From the NCBI GenBank assembly GCA_019510095.1, contig JAEKLB010000021.1:872-64871 (forward strand): DNA of 64,000 nucleotides. Reading direction: 5' to 3'. Origin of the DNA: Acidobacteriota bacterium. Lineage in GTDB: Bacteria; Actinomycetota; Acidimicrobiia; Acidimicrobiales; CADCSY01. Position numbers and translations under genes: made by a program. Under the pieces are notes generated by a model that searched no databases, was not told the origin of the DNA, and worked only from the letters and a program-made list of their open reading frames with translations. This document shows positions 37,524 to 45,946 of the stretch, piece after piece. The stretch's first letter is position 1. Each line of letters begins with the position of its first letter.

Positions 37524-37653
37524 TCCAAACCCCCCCTTTCGTGAGTGGAACCTAACCATCCTCTCTTCCCGTCCACAAGCCCTGTGCACGGAATCTTGCT
37601 GGTTGGGGATTGCCGCACCGGAAACCTTGTTTTCGCAGGTGGGCCGGTGGTGG

Positions 37654-38898
37654 TCACTCCGCGGGAGCGACCTCCAGCGATGCCCCCTCGATGGCCACCA
37701 CCGTGACCCGGTCGCCGACCGCCAGCGGCGTCGCCCGGTTGGTCCGGGCCGGCCACAGCGCCTCCCGCACGCGCACCACGCCGGTGGGCGCCACCTCGGC
37801 CACGACCTGGCCCTCCTCGCCGACCATCGACTCCCGCCCGATGGTCGGGGTCGAGAACCGGCTCCGGACCGTGGCCGGCAGGCCCGCCAGCATGAGCAGC
37901 ACGATGCCGACCACGCCGCCGACGAGGGGCAGCCAACCCAGCGACACCGGGTCGCGATAGAGCACCACCGACCCGGCCGCATAGGCGATCACGCCGACTC
38001 CCGTCCAGAAACGGGGCACGCCGGTCTGCACGTCGACGGCGAAGCCGAAGGTCCCGAGCAAGAGCAGGACCAGGCCCCAGGGCGAGGTGGGCAGGACGGC
38101 GAGGCCGTAGCCGGCGAGCACCAGGGCGACGGCGGCCACGGCCGCGGCGATGCCGATGCCGGCGGTGAACAGCTCGAAGACAACCAGGCCGAGGCCGGCG
38201 GTGAGGAGGAGGTAGGCAACCGGCGGGCTGGCCACGGTGTGCATGAGACGCGGCACGAGGTCGAGCTTGGCCAGCCGGGCCTGCACGTCGAGGGCGGCCG
38301 CCGGCGGGCCCTTCTTCTGGGGCGTGAAGGTTGCCGTCTCGAGCGTGCGGCCGTGCACGGTCCTGCCGTCGAGGGCAGCGATGAAGCTGCCGAGCACCGC
38401 CGCCTCCCGCTCGTTGAGCTGGGTCACGCCGGCCTTGCCCGCCTGCGTCGGGTTGAGCCTGCGGCCGCCGACCTCGATTCGGGCGCCGGGAGCGAGCCCG
38501 GCCAGTGGCGCGGCCTCGACGATGCGGGCGGCCCCGCCCTTGGCTTGGGCGCCGCTGCCGCCGACCCACACCGCCACGGGCACCGAGGTCGTCTCGAGGT
38601 CGTGCACCAGCCGGTCGAGCCGGTCACGATCGACGAGGGCGCCGGGGCTGTCGAGCTGGATCACCAGCACCTCGGCACCTGCGTCCTCGCTGCGGTGGAT
38701 CGAGGTCTCGAGGAAGTCGACGACCACCGGGTCGAGCCAGCCCGAGACCTGGACGACGTCGACGAAGCGCTGCGGCGCGGCCGATGCCGGGGTCGCCAAG
38801 GAGAGGAGCAGGGCAACGAAGGCCAGGGAGGCGATCGCTACTGTCTGCCCCACCTTCCGGAGGGAGCGTTGTGGACCCTGGCGAGTTCCTTCGAGCAT
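37654..38898 (-). CDS. NfeD-family membrane protein (ClpP-class N-domain, TM block, C-terminal OB/NfeD domain)
   Basis: Signal/TM, 'VLVIQLDSPGAL', multiple TMs, C-terminal 'GEEGQVVAEVAPTGVVRVREALWPART...GDRVTVVAIEGASLEV'. Confidence 0.8.
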   Translation of the reverse strand: MLEGTRQGPQRSLRKVGQTVAIASLAFVALLLSLATPASAAPQRFVDVVQVSGWLDPVVVDFLETSIHRSEDAGAEVLVIQLDSPGALVDRDRLDRLVHDLETTSVPVAVWVGGSGAQAKGGAARIVEAAPLAGLAPGARIEVGGRRLNPTQAGKAGVTQLNEREAAVLGSFIAALDGRTVHGRTLETATFTPQKKGPPAAALDVQARLAKLDLVPRLMHTVASPPVAYLLLTAGLGLVVFELFTAGIGIAAAVAAVALVLAGYGLAVLPTSPWGLVLLLLGTFGFAVDVQTGVPRFWTGVGVIAYAAGSVVLYRDPVSLGWLPLVGGVVGIVLLMLAGLPATVRSRFSTPTIGRESMVGEEGQVVAEVAPTGVVRVREALWPARTNRATPLAVGDRVTVVAIEGASLEVAPAE

Positions 38899-39785
38899 CG
38901 CGAGTGGTCATCGTGGCCGGGAAGGGCGGGGTCGGCAAAACGACGGTCAGCGCCGCCCTGGCCCGACTGGCTGCCGAGCGGGGCCTGCGCACCCTGGTGG
39001 TCGGCATCGACGGGGGCATCGGGCTGGCCCGCTTGTTCGACGCGCCGCCCCTCACCTATGAGCCGGCCGAGCTGGCGCCCGGCATCACCGGTCGGCTGCT
39101 GACCCCCGATGAGGCGCTCGTCGAGTACCTCGAATCCCACGGCCTGCGCCGAGTCTCGAAGCGGCTGCTCTCCTCCGGCGCCATCGACGTGGTGGCGACC
39201 GCGGCACCGGGCATTCGGGACATCCTCGTGCTCGGCAAGGTCAAGCAGCTCGAGCGGAGCGGCCAGTTCGACCTGATCGTGGTCGACGCCCCGGCCGCCG
39301 GCCATGCCATCACCTTCCTGGCCTCCGCCCGGGGCGTGCACGACCTGGTTCGGGTCGGGCCCATCGAGGTGCAGGCCGCCGGGGTGCTCGAGCTGCTGGG
39401 CGACCCGGCCCGGTGCTCGGTGCTGCTGGTGACCATCCCCGAGGAGACCCCGGTCAACGAGCTGATCGACACCGCCTTCGCCCTCGAGGACCGGGTGGGC
39501 GTCAAGCTCGGCCCGGTGGTCGTGAACGGGGTCTACCCAGCGCTCGCGTGCCTCGACGCGACGGTTGACGAGGGATCGGCGCCGGACGCTGCCGCGTTGT
39601 TGGCCGCCGCCCGCTTCCGCACTGCCCGGACCGACCAGCAGGCTGCCCAGCTCGACCGATTGGGGTTGTCGTTGCCGCTGCCGCAAGTGCGGCTGCCGTA
39701 CCTGTTCAGCACCGACATCGGCCGCGACGAGATCGGTGTGGTCGCAGCCGCCCTGTCGGACCAGATCGAGCGGCTGGCCGGATGA
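38871..39785 (+). CDS. ArsA/Get3-like ATPase, first of pair
   Basis: 'VAGKGGVGKTTVSAALA'. GTG 38871 follows GGAGGGA. Overlaps the divergent NfeD start by 28 nt. Confidence 0.85.
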   Translation: MDPGEFLRASRVVIVAGKGGVGKTTVSAALARLAAERGLRTLVVGIDGGIGLARLFDAPPLTYEPAELAPGITGRLLTPDEALVEYLESHGLRRVSKRLLSSGAIDVVATAAPGIRDILVLGKVKQLERSGQFDLIVVDAPAAGHAITFLASARGVHDLVRVGPIEVQAAGVLELLGDPARCSVLLVTIPEETPVNELIDTAFALEDRVGVKLGPVVVNGVYPALACLDATVDEGSAPDAAALLAAARFRTARTDQQAAQLDRLGLSLPLPQVRLPYLFSTDIGRDEIGVVAAALSDQIERLAG

Positions 39786-40855
39786 CGCTCGGTGACCTCG
39801 TGCGGGAGCGGGCCATCGTGGTGTGCACCGGCACCGGCGGCGTGGGCAAGACCACGACCGCCGCCGCCCTGGCGCTGGGCGCGGCACGCGAGGGACGGCG
39901 AGCGGTGGTGGTGACGATCGACCCCGCCCGCCGGCTGGCGGACACCCTCGGCATCGGCTCGCTGTCGAACGTCGCCACTCGCATCGACGGCGACTGGCCG
40001 GGCGAGCTGTGGGCGCTCATGCTCGACACCGAGTCGACCTTCGACGCGCTGGTATCGACCTACGCGGCCGACGACGAGCAGGCCACGCGCATCGTGGCCA
40101 ACCGCTTCTACCGCAACATCGCCGGGGCGCTGTCGGGCACGCAGGAGTACATGGCCGGCGAGAAGCTCTACGAGCTGCACGAGAGTGGAGCGTTCGACGT
40201 CGTCGTCGTCGATACGCCACCGACCAGGCGGGCGCTCGACTTCCTCGACGCGTCGCGGCGGCTCAGTCGGTTCCTCGATCATCGCCTCTACCGCACCCTC
40301 GTCGCGCCGACCCGCGGCTACCTGCGAGCCGTGAACATGGCAGCCCAGGGCTTCCTGCGCACGGCCGGAAAGTTGGTCGGCACCGAGGTGATCGACGACG
40401 CCCTCGCCTTCTTCGCCGCCTTCGACGGCATGGAGGAGGGCTTCCGCCAACGGTCGGCCAAGGTCCAGGCACTGCTGGCCGACGGGGTCACCGCCTACGT
40501 GCTGGTGGCCTCCCCCCGCGCCGACACGGTGGCTGAGGCGTCGTACTTCGCCGATCGGCTACGGGCCAACGGCATCACGGTGGGGGCGTTGGTGGTGAAC
40601 CGGCTGCACCCGCGGTTCGGTGACGCCAGCAGCGCGCAGGCCCGGGCATCGGCCCGGTCGGCCGGCGGCGACCTCGCCTGCCTCTACGACAACCTCGCCG
40701 ACCTCTCGGCAGTGGCCGAGGGAGAGGAGGCGCATCTCGCCGGCCTGCTGCCCGACGTCGACGACGCACCCGTGGTGCGGGTACCGCTGCTCGAGCGCGA
40801 GGTGCACGACCTCTCGGCCTTGGCCGAGGTTGCCGACCATCTGCTCGCTCACTGA
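39782..40855 (+). CDS. ArsA/Get3-like ATPase, second of pair
   Basis: 'CTGTGGVGKTTTAAALA', 'DPARRLADTLG', 'VVDTPPT'. ATGA overlap with the first ATPase. Confidence 0.85.
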   Translation: MTLGDLVRERAIVVCTGTGGVGKTTTAAALALGAAREGRRAVVVTIDPARRLADTLGIGSLSNVATRIDGDWPGELWALMLDTESTFDALVSTYAADDEQATRIVANRFYRNIAGALSGTQEYMAGEKLYELHESGAFDVVVVDTPPTRRALDFLDASRRLSRFLDHRLYRTLVAPTRGYLRAVNMAAQGFLRTAGKLVGTEVIDDALAFFAAFDGMEEGFRQRSAKVQALLADGVTAYVLVASPRADTVAEASYFADRLRANGITVGALVVNRLHPRFGDASSAQARASARSAGGDLACLYDNLADLSAVAEGEEAHLAGLLPDVDDAPVVRVPLLEREVHDLSALAEVADHLLAH

Positions 40856-40865
40856 CGTCCCCTCC

Positions 40866-40916
40866 CGTTCTTTGGCGACTCGTGCTTCGTGGAGCGCCAC
40901 CAGTCGCCGAAGAACG
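40866..40916. repeat. REP-like palindromic element, copy 3 (fully intergenic)
   Basis: CGTTCTTTGGCGACTCGT-(18 nt)-AGTCGCCGAAGAACG. 15-bp stem with one T-G wobble on the plus strand. Confidence 0.65.
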
Positions 40917-40922
40917 AAGGGA

Positions 40923-41264
40923 TCAGCCGGCGTCGACCAGTGCCTTGGCCGCCTCGGCCTCGTTCTCGGTGACGGAGGCCACCCGGTCGAAGCCGGTGGT
41001 GTGGAGGAGGCGGGCCACAGCCGGCCGGGCGCCGTAGACAGCGACGTCGCCGCCGGCCTCCCGGGCCCGGCGCACGCCACCGATCAGGGCGCCGAGGCCA
41101 GCCGAGTCGAGGAACGGCACGCCCGACAGGTCGATGAGCACACGACCGGCGCTGCCGAGCTCGTTGAGCGATTCCCGGAACTGCCCGACCGTGAACGCAT
41201 CGAGCTCGCCCGAGGGACGGCAGACCGTGTAGTCGCCGACCTTGTCGACTGAGATTTCCAGCAC
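40923..41264 (-). CDS. STAS-domain anti-sigma-factor antagonist
   Basis: 'LIDLSGVPFLDSAGLGALIG' (conserved Ser). GTG 41264 is preceded by GGGAGG. Confidence 0.8.
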   Translation of the reverse strand: MLEISVDKVGDYTVCRPSGELDAFTVGQFRESLNELGSAGRVLIDLSGVPFLDSAGLGALIGGVRRAREAGGDVAVYGARPAVARLLHTTGFDRVASVTENEAEAAKALVDAG

Positions 41265-41353
41265 CCGACCTCCCGGGGACGCCCATGCGGCGGGATCACC
41301 ACAGCCGGACGACCGTGGAGCCGCGCGACCGTACCCGGGGCCGGGTCCGTCGC

Positions 41354-41809
41354 ATGCAGGACCTCCCACTACTGTCCCAGGCCGTGTCCGACATCCTGGT
41401 GGCGAGCGACAGCGACCACGTGATCAATGAGCTGGACGCTGCGCTGGGCGACACCGGCACGACGGTCCGTAGCGTCCGCCGGGGTGCCGACGTCCGCCCC
41501 ACGGTGGAGGCCAAGGCTCCTGACCTCGTGATCCTCGACCTCCAGATCGGCAACATGGGCGGCATGGCCGCCTGCCTCGACCTGCGACTGGAGGCCGGGG
41601 CCGGGCGCATCGACGACGTGCCGGTGCTCATGCTCCTCGACCGCCGGGCCGACGTGTTCCTGGCCCATCGCAGCGGGGCCGACGGCTTCCTGGTCAAGCC
41701 ACTCGACGCCCTCCGGATCCGCCGCGCCGCCACTGCCATCCTCGACGGCGGCGAGTACCACGATCCAACCGGCGCACCGCCCACCGGGATCGCGGCCGGC
41801 GTCGGGTAG
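41354..41809 (+). CDS. Single-domain response regulator (CheY-like receiver)
   Basis: 'ILVASDSD', 'PDLVILDLQIGNMGG', 'GADGFLVKPL'. Alternative GTG at 41384. Confidence 0.75.
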   Translation: MQDLPLLSQAVSDILVASDSDHVINELDAALGDTGTTVRSVRRGADVRPTVEAKAPDLVILDLQIGNMGGMAACLDLRLEAGAGRIDDVPVLMLLDRRADVFLAHRSGADGFLVKPLDALRIRRAATAILDGGEYHDPTGAPPTGIAAGVG

Positions 41810-41823
41810 CCTCGCCCGTCCGA

Positions 41824-41900
41824 CGGGCTGTGGCTCAGCTTGGTAGAGCGCTGCGTTCGGGACGCAGAGGTCGTGGGTTCAAATCCCGCCAGCCCGACCA
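41824..41900 (+). tRNA. tRNA-Pro (anticodon CGG), CCA encoded
   Basis: Manual cloverleaf. Acceptor CGGGCTG/CAGCCCG, anticodon arm CTGCG-TTCGGGA-CGCAG, T-arm GTGGG-TTCAAAT-CCCGC, discriminator A plus CCA. Confidence 0.9.
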
Positions 41901-41912
41901 GATCACCAGTTC

Positions 41913-41957
41913 AGAGGCCTCGTCCCGCTTGCCCGGGACCGGGCCTCTCCTGATTTT
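41913..41957 (+). terminator. Intrinsic terminator after tRNA-Pro
   Basis: AGAGGCC...GGCCTCT outer stem, GTCCCG/CGGGAC inner stem, followed by a TTTT run (41954-41957). Confidence 0.5.
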
Positions 41958-42036
41958 CCCCGCCGTCGATGGCGGCGGGCCTCGCCACTCGTCCGTCAGT
42001 CGCCAGGCGAGCCCGAAGATCTTTTTTGGGTTCCCC

Positions 42037-42064
42037 TGTCGATTCCGCGGTGGCCGTTCGTGGT
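42037..42064 (+). promoter_or_regulatory. Candidate ECF-type promoter for the membrane protein-YCII-sigma operon
   Basis: TGTCGA (42037-42042), 16 nt, then CGTGGT (also CGTT at 42055). About 45 nt upstream of the ATG at 42110. Confidence 0.3.
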
Positions 42065-42109
42065 GGTGATGAACGGTGCACGACGCGCCGCCACGAAAGG
42101 AGCCCACCG

Positions 42110-42511
42110 ATGTCCGCCACCACGATCACCACCGACACGACCCGCAGCCTCCGCACCACCACCGTCGTCGCCGGTCTCGGCGCCGCCGCCGTCGTCACCG
42201 CCGCTGCGGCCGCGGTCCACGCCGCCGGGGTCTCGTTCGAGGTCCAGGGCGAGTCCATCCCGGTCCTGGGCTTCGCCCAGATGACCCTGCTCGGCGCCGT
42301 TCTCGGCGGCCTCCTGCTCGCCATGCTCAATCGCCACAGCGCCGAGCCCCGGCAGCGGTTCTTCCAGGCCACGATCGCCCTGACCGCCGTGTCCTGTGTT
42401 CCGTCGGTCGCCTTGCCCGACGACGCCGGCTCGAAGCTCTCACTCGTCCTGCTGCACGTCCTGGCCGCCATCATCGTGGTCCCGCTGCTCGCTCGCCACG
42501 CCGCTGACTGA
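42110..42511 (+). CDS. Small polytopic membrane protein (DUF6069-like)
   Basis: SD GAAAGGAG. Hydrophobic segments 'TTVVAGLGAAAVVTAAAAAV', 'MTLLGAVLGGLLLAML', 'LLHVLAAIIVVPLL'. Confidence 0.65.
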   Translation: MSATTITTDTTRSLRTTTVVAGLGAAAVVTAAAAAVHAAGVSFEVQGESIPVLGFAQMTLLGAVLGGLLLAMLNRHSAEPRQRFFQATIALTAVSCVPSVALPDDAGSKLSLVLLHVLAAIIVVPLLARHAAD

Positions 42512-42542
42512 CCCCCGACTCACAACCCGAAGGAGACTTGCG

Positions 42543-42899
42543 ATGCCTCAGTACATGTTGTCCGTCTGCCACGACCAGCCCTATGAGGACCTCGACTTCA
42601 ACGACCCCGAGATCCAGCGCATGGTCGCCTCGGTGGGCGCCTTGAACGAGGAGCTCCAGGCCAAAGGTGCCTGGGTGTTCGGCGCCGGCCTTCGCCCCGT
42701 CTCCACCGCAACCGTGGTGCGGAGCAACGGCGGCGAGATCTCGATGACCGATGGCCCCTTCGCCGAGACGAAGGAGCACATCGGCGGCTTCTACATCATC
42801 GAGGCCGCCGACCTCGACGACGCCCTCGAGTGGGCCGGCAAGGCGGCCGCCGCCTGTGGCGGGTTCCCCATCGAAGTGCGGCCCTGCGAAGGTGCCTGA
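42543..42899 (+). CDS. YCII-related / DGPF-domain protein
   Basis: 'MTDGPFAETKEHIGGFYIIEA'. SD GAAGGAG. Confidence 0.85.
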   Translation: MPQYMLSVCHDQPYEDLDFNDPEIQRMVASVGALNEELQAKGAWVFGAGLRPVSTATVVRSNGGEISMTDGPFAETKEHIGGFYIIEAADLDDALEWAGKAAAACGGFPIEVRPCEGA

Positions 42900-44148
42900 C
42901 GAGCTGGACGAGGTCTTCCGACGGGAGGCCGGCCGCTGCACCGCGACCCTGATCCGCGTCCTCGGCGACATCGACCTCGCCGAGGACGCTGTCGCGGAGG
43001 CGTTCTCGATCGCCGCGGAGCAGTGGCCGGCCAAGGGCGTGCCGCCCAACCCCGGCGGGTGGATCACCACCACCGCCCGCAACCGCGCCATCGACCGCCT
43101 CCGGCGGGAGTCGACGCGGGAGGACCGCCACCTCGCAGCCCTGCGCCTCCGAGGCGATGACGCCATGGACGAACCCAACCCCGACCTCGACGAGCTCGAC
43201 GGCTTCGTCGACGTGGTGGCCGACGACCAGCTGCGGCTGATGTTCCTCTGCTGTCACCCCGCCCTCGCCGCCGACGCCCAGGTGGCGCTGACGCTGCGCC
43301 TGCTCGGCGGCCTCGACATGCCCGAGATCGCAAAGGCGTTCCTGGTGCCTGAGGTGACGCTGGCCCAGCGCATCGTGCGGGCCAAGCGAAAGCTGCGCGA
43401 CAACCACGCTCCCTATCGGGTGCCCCGACCGGCCGAACTGCCCGGCCGTCTCGACGCCGTGCTCGCCACGGTCTACCTGATCTACAACGAGGGCCACACG
43501 GCGTCGTCGGGCGAGTCCCTCGGCCGGACCGACCTGACCCGCGAGGCCATCCGCCTCGGGCGCATGCTCACCGACCTGATGCCCGACGAGCCCGAGGCCG
43601 TCGGACTGCTCGCCCTGATGCTGCTCACCGAGTCCCGCCGCTCGGCGCGGAGCGCGGCCGACGGCTCCATGATCGGCTTGCTCGACCAAGACCGCGGCCG
43701 GTGGGACCCGATGATGATCGCCGAGGGCCATGCACTGGTGCGGGCCTGCCTGCGCCGGAACCAGCCCGGGCCGTTCCAGGTCCAGGCCGCCATCGCCGCG
43801 GTCCACGCCGACGCGGCGCGGGCCGAGGACACCGACTGGGCGCAGATCGTCGCGCTGTACGACCAGTTCATGGTGGTGCGGCCGACCCCGGTCGTCGCCC
43901 TCAACCGGGCCGTTGCCCTGGCCGAAGTGCACGGCCCCGGGGCCGGGCTCGCCGCGATTGCCGCGCTGGCCGAGGCGCTCGACGAGTACCAGCCCTTCCA
44001 CGCTGCCCGGGCCGACCTGCTCGCCCGGGCCGGAAGCCCCGACGCGGCCGCCGCCTACGACCGCGCCATCGAGCTCAGCACGAACCTCCGGGAGCGCCGC
44101 TTCCTCGAAGCCCGCAAGGCCGCCAACCGGGCAGGGCACGACTACTAG
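42892..44148 (+). CDS. ECF sigma factor with long C-terminal TPR-like extension (ECF42-type)
   Basis: Sigma2 'EDAVAEAFSIAAEQW...GWITTTARNRAIDRLRRE', sigma4 'PEIAKAFLVPEVTLAQRIVRAKRKL', about 200 aa of helical extension. Overlaps the YCII stop. No anti-sigma gene. Confidence 0.85.
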   Translation: MPDELDEVFRREAGRCTATLIRVLGDIDLAEDAVAEAFSIAAEQWPAKGVPPNPGGWITTTARNRAIDRLRRESTREDRHLAALRLRGDDAMDEPNPDLDELDGFVDVVADDQLRLMFLCCHPALAADAQVALTLRLLGGLDMPEIAKAFLVPEVTLAQRIVRAKRKLRDNHAPYRVPRPAELPGRLDAVLATVYLIYNEGHTASSGESLGRTDLTREAIRLGRMLTDLMPDEPEAVGLLALMLLTESRRSARSAADGSMIGLLDQDRGRWDPMMIAEGHALVRACLRRNQPGPFQVQAAIAAVHADAARAEDTDWAQIVALYDQFMVVRPTPVVALNRAVALAEVHGPGAGLAAIAALAEALDEYQPFHAARADLLARAGSPDAAAAYDRAIELSTNLRERRFLEARKAANRAGHDY

Positions 44149-44213
44149 TCAGGCCGAACGGTGTCGGGGCCAGTCGCCCAAGACCGGCGAGCGGCGCCAG
44201 CCGTCAATGGGCG

Positions 44214-45050
44214 CTAGAAGGTGGGCACGAAGGCCGTGAGCGGATGGCCCGGTGTGGGCATGCCCTCCCAGGCGAGCACCGAGCCGGTGCCGGCGTCGGT
44301 CACAAAGAGGGTGCGAAGGTCATCGCCGCCGAAGCAGCAGTTGGTGACCCTCGCCGGCTCCGCAAGGAGCTGCTCGACGACGGTCCCGTCGGGATCGACC
44401 ACCACGATGCCGTGGCCCGGTTGGCACGCATACACACGGCCCTCGACGTCGAACGCGAAGCCATCGACGCTCCCACACGACGGGGACAACCACGACCGAT
44501 CGTCACCGCGGAGCCAGCGGAGCCCAGCGTCCTCGGCCGTGGCCAGTCCACTGGGGCCGGCCGACACGCCGTTGACGTAGTGCGGGAGCTCTTCGATCAG
44601 CTCGATCTGGCCGGCTGGGGAGAGCCGCCAGAGCCGACCGGTGAGGCTCTTCCACTCGGGATCGGTGAACACGACCGACCCGTCGACGTCGACCGCTATG
44701 TCGTTGGGGAAGTTGAGCCGGTGGGCCGTCGGCACCGCCGTCACCACTCCGTCCGGGTTGACCCGTTGGACGCCGGGCGTCGTCGGCCGCAGCGCTGGGA
44801 TGTCATATGGGAGCCAGCCACTCATGTCGAGGCGGCCATTCTGGGCAACGAGCAGGCCCCCGTCCGCGCACAGCAGCGCGCCGTTGGCCCCGCCGGCGGT
44901 GTCGGCGAACCGCTCCGCCGTGCCCGCGGCCAGGTCGATCCGAAACAGCCATCCCTCCGACAGCGAGGTGACGATCAGGTCGCCGTGGTCCGGGCGCCAG
45001 ACCGGTCCCTCGCCGCCGCCGATGCCGGTTGCCACAGTCACGGGTGTCAT
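44214..45050 (-). CDS. SMP-30/gluconolactonase/LRE-family beta-propeller protein
   Basis: 'GEGPVW', 'NFPNDIAVDVDG', 'VTNCCFGGDDLRTLFVT'. Confidence 0.8.
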   Translation of the reverse strand: MTPVTVATGIGGGEGPVWRPDHGDLIVTSLSEGWLFRIDLAAGTAERFADTAGGANGALLCADGGLLVAQNGRLDMSGWLPYDIPALRPTTPGVQRVNPDGVVTAVPTAHRLNFPNDIAVDVDGSVVFTDPEWKSLTGRLWRLSPAGQIELIEELPHYVNGVSAGPSGLATAEDAGLRWLRGDDRSWLSPSCGSVDGFAFDVEGRVYACQPGHGIVVVDPDGTVVEQLLAEPARVTNCCFGGDDLRTLFVTDAGTGSVLAWEGMPTPGHPLTAFVPTF

Positions 45051-45077
45051 CGCCGCAGGACGGTAGCGGCCCACCGC

Positions 45078-45929
45078 TTACTCGAGCTCGGCCCAGCCGT
45101 GCCTGAGGACCGGCTTGTCGTCGGAGAACGCCTCGAAGGCCACGCCTCGCCTGCCCTCAGGCGTCGGACCGGCGTCGTACACGCGGATCGTGACGTCGTT
45201 GCCGGGGAAGACGGGCGACGAGAACCGTCCCGCGAGTCGGCGTATCGGTCGGGGGTCGTCGCCACTGGCGAGGTGGACGACCGCCTGGCTACAGAACGCG
45301 AACGTGCACAGCCCCTGGAGGAACTTGCGGGGGAAGCCGACGCGCTGGGCCGACGAGTCGTGCATGTGGATCGTGGCATGGTCGAACGAGGCACCGGCAT
45401 AGCGGAACGTCTGGTCCTCGGTGGTGCCGACCGTGAGCTCCCCGAGGGGGCGCTCCCGGGCGGACTCCGGGAAGGTGTGGTCGGGCAGGGCGGGGCCAGC
45501 GACATCGACCTCGCCCCCCATCGAGAAGAGGTTCCACCAGTGCTCGGCAACGACCGCGCCCTCGGCGTCAGTCAACGCGAAGTGGTGGCTGACCATGGCG
45601 CCGGCCGAGGTCTGGGCCGTGGCGTAGAGATCGATCTTGCCGCTCAGGGCCTCGCCCGCCATCAACGGGCGGGCGAGCCGCGTCTCGTGGGTGCCGTGCA
45701 CGCCGCCACGGGCGTTGCGGACGGCGCCCGGGGGAACGGCCTCGGCCATCGACCTCAGCAGCAACTCGAGGCCGAGCGACACGGTGAAGACCGGCGGCAC
45801 CACCCCATCGTCGAAGTACGCCGGCGTCGGGTCGTTGGTCGCCAGCGCATAGGCCCGGGCATGGCCGGCGTCGATCGTTCCTTCGTAGGTGCCGACCTGG
45901 TGGCCGACCTTCACCTTGGGGTCGCTCAT
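45078..45929 (-). CDS. MaoC-like double hot-dog dehydratase
   Basis: Two hot-dog halves. 'FRYAGASFDHATIHMHDSSAQRVGFPRKFLQGLCT'. Confidence 0.8.
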   Translation of the reverse strand: MSDPKVKVGHQVGTYEGTIDAGHARAYALATNDPTPAYFDDGVVPPVFTVSLGLELLLRSMAEAVPPGAVRNARGGVHGTHETRLARPLMAGEALSGKIDLYATAQTSAGAMVSHHFALTDAEGAVVAEHWWNLFSMGGEVDVAGPALPDHTFPESARERPLGELTVGTTEDQTFRYAGASFDHATIHMHDSSAQRVGFPRKFLQGLCTFAFCSQAVVHLASGDDPRPIRRLAGRFSSPVFPGNDVTIRVYDAGPTPEGRRGVAFEAFSDDKPVLRHGWAELE

Positions 45930-45946
45930 TCGGGCATGATGCCGCG

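Noticed and set aside
37524-37653. CRP-type TGTGA-N6-TCACA site upstream of whiB (known for mycobacterial whiB1).
   Set aside because: Only weak partial matches (GTGCACAGGGCTTGTGGA). Neither half-site fits the consensus.
38871-40855. ArsA pair as an arsenite efflux ATPase (arsenic resistance island).
   Set aside because: No arsB/acr3, arsC, arsD or arsR is nearby. Each protein is a single-domain half rather than the duplicated ArsA. The context matches the conserved actinobacterial Get3-like pair.
41824-44148. Genomic island integrated at tRNA-Pro.
   Set aside because: No integrase or excisionase gene, and no downstream direct repeat of the tRNA 3' end that I could find. Downstream genes have the same GC-rich codon style as the rest.
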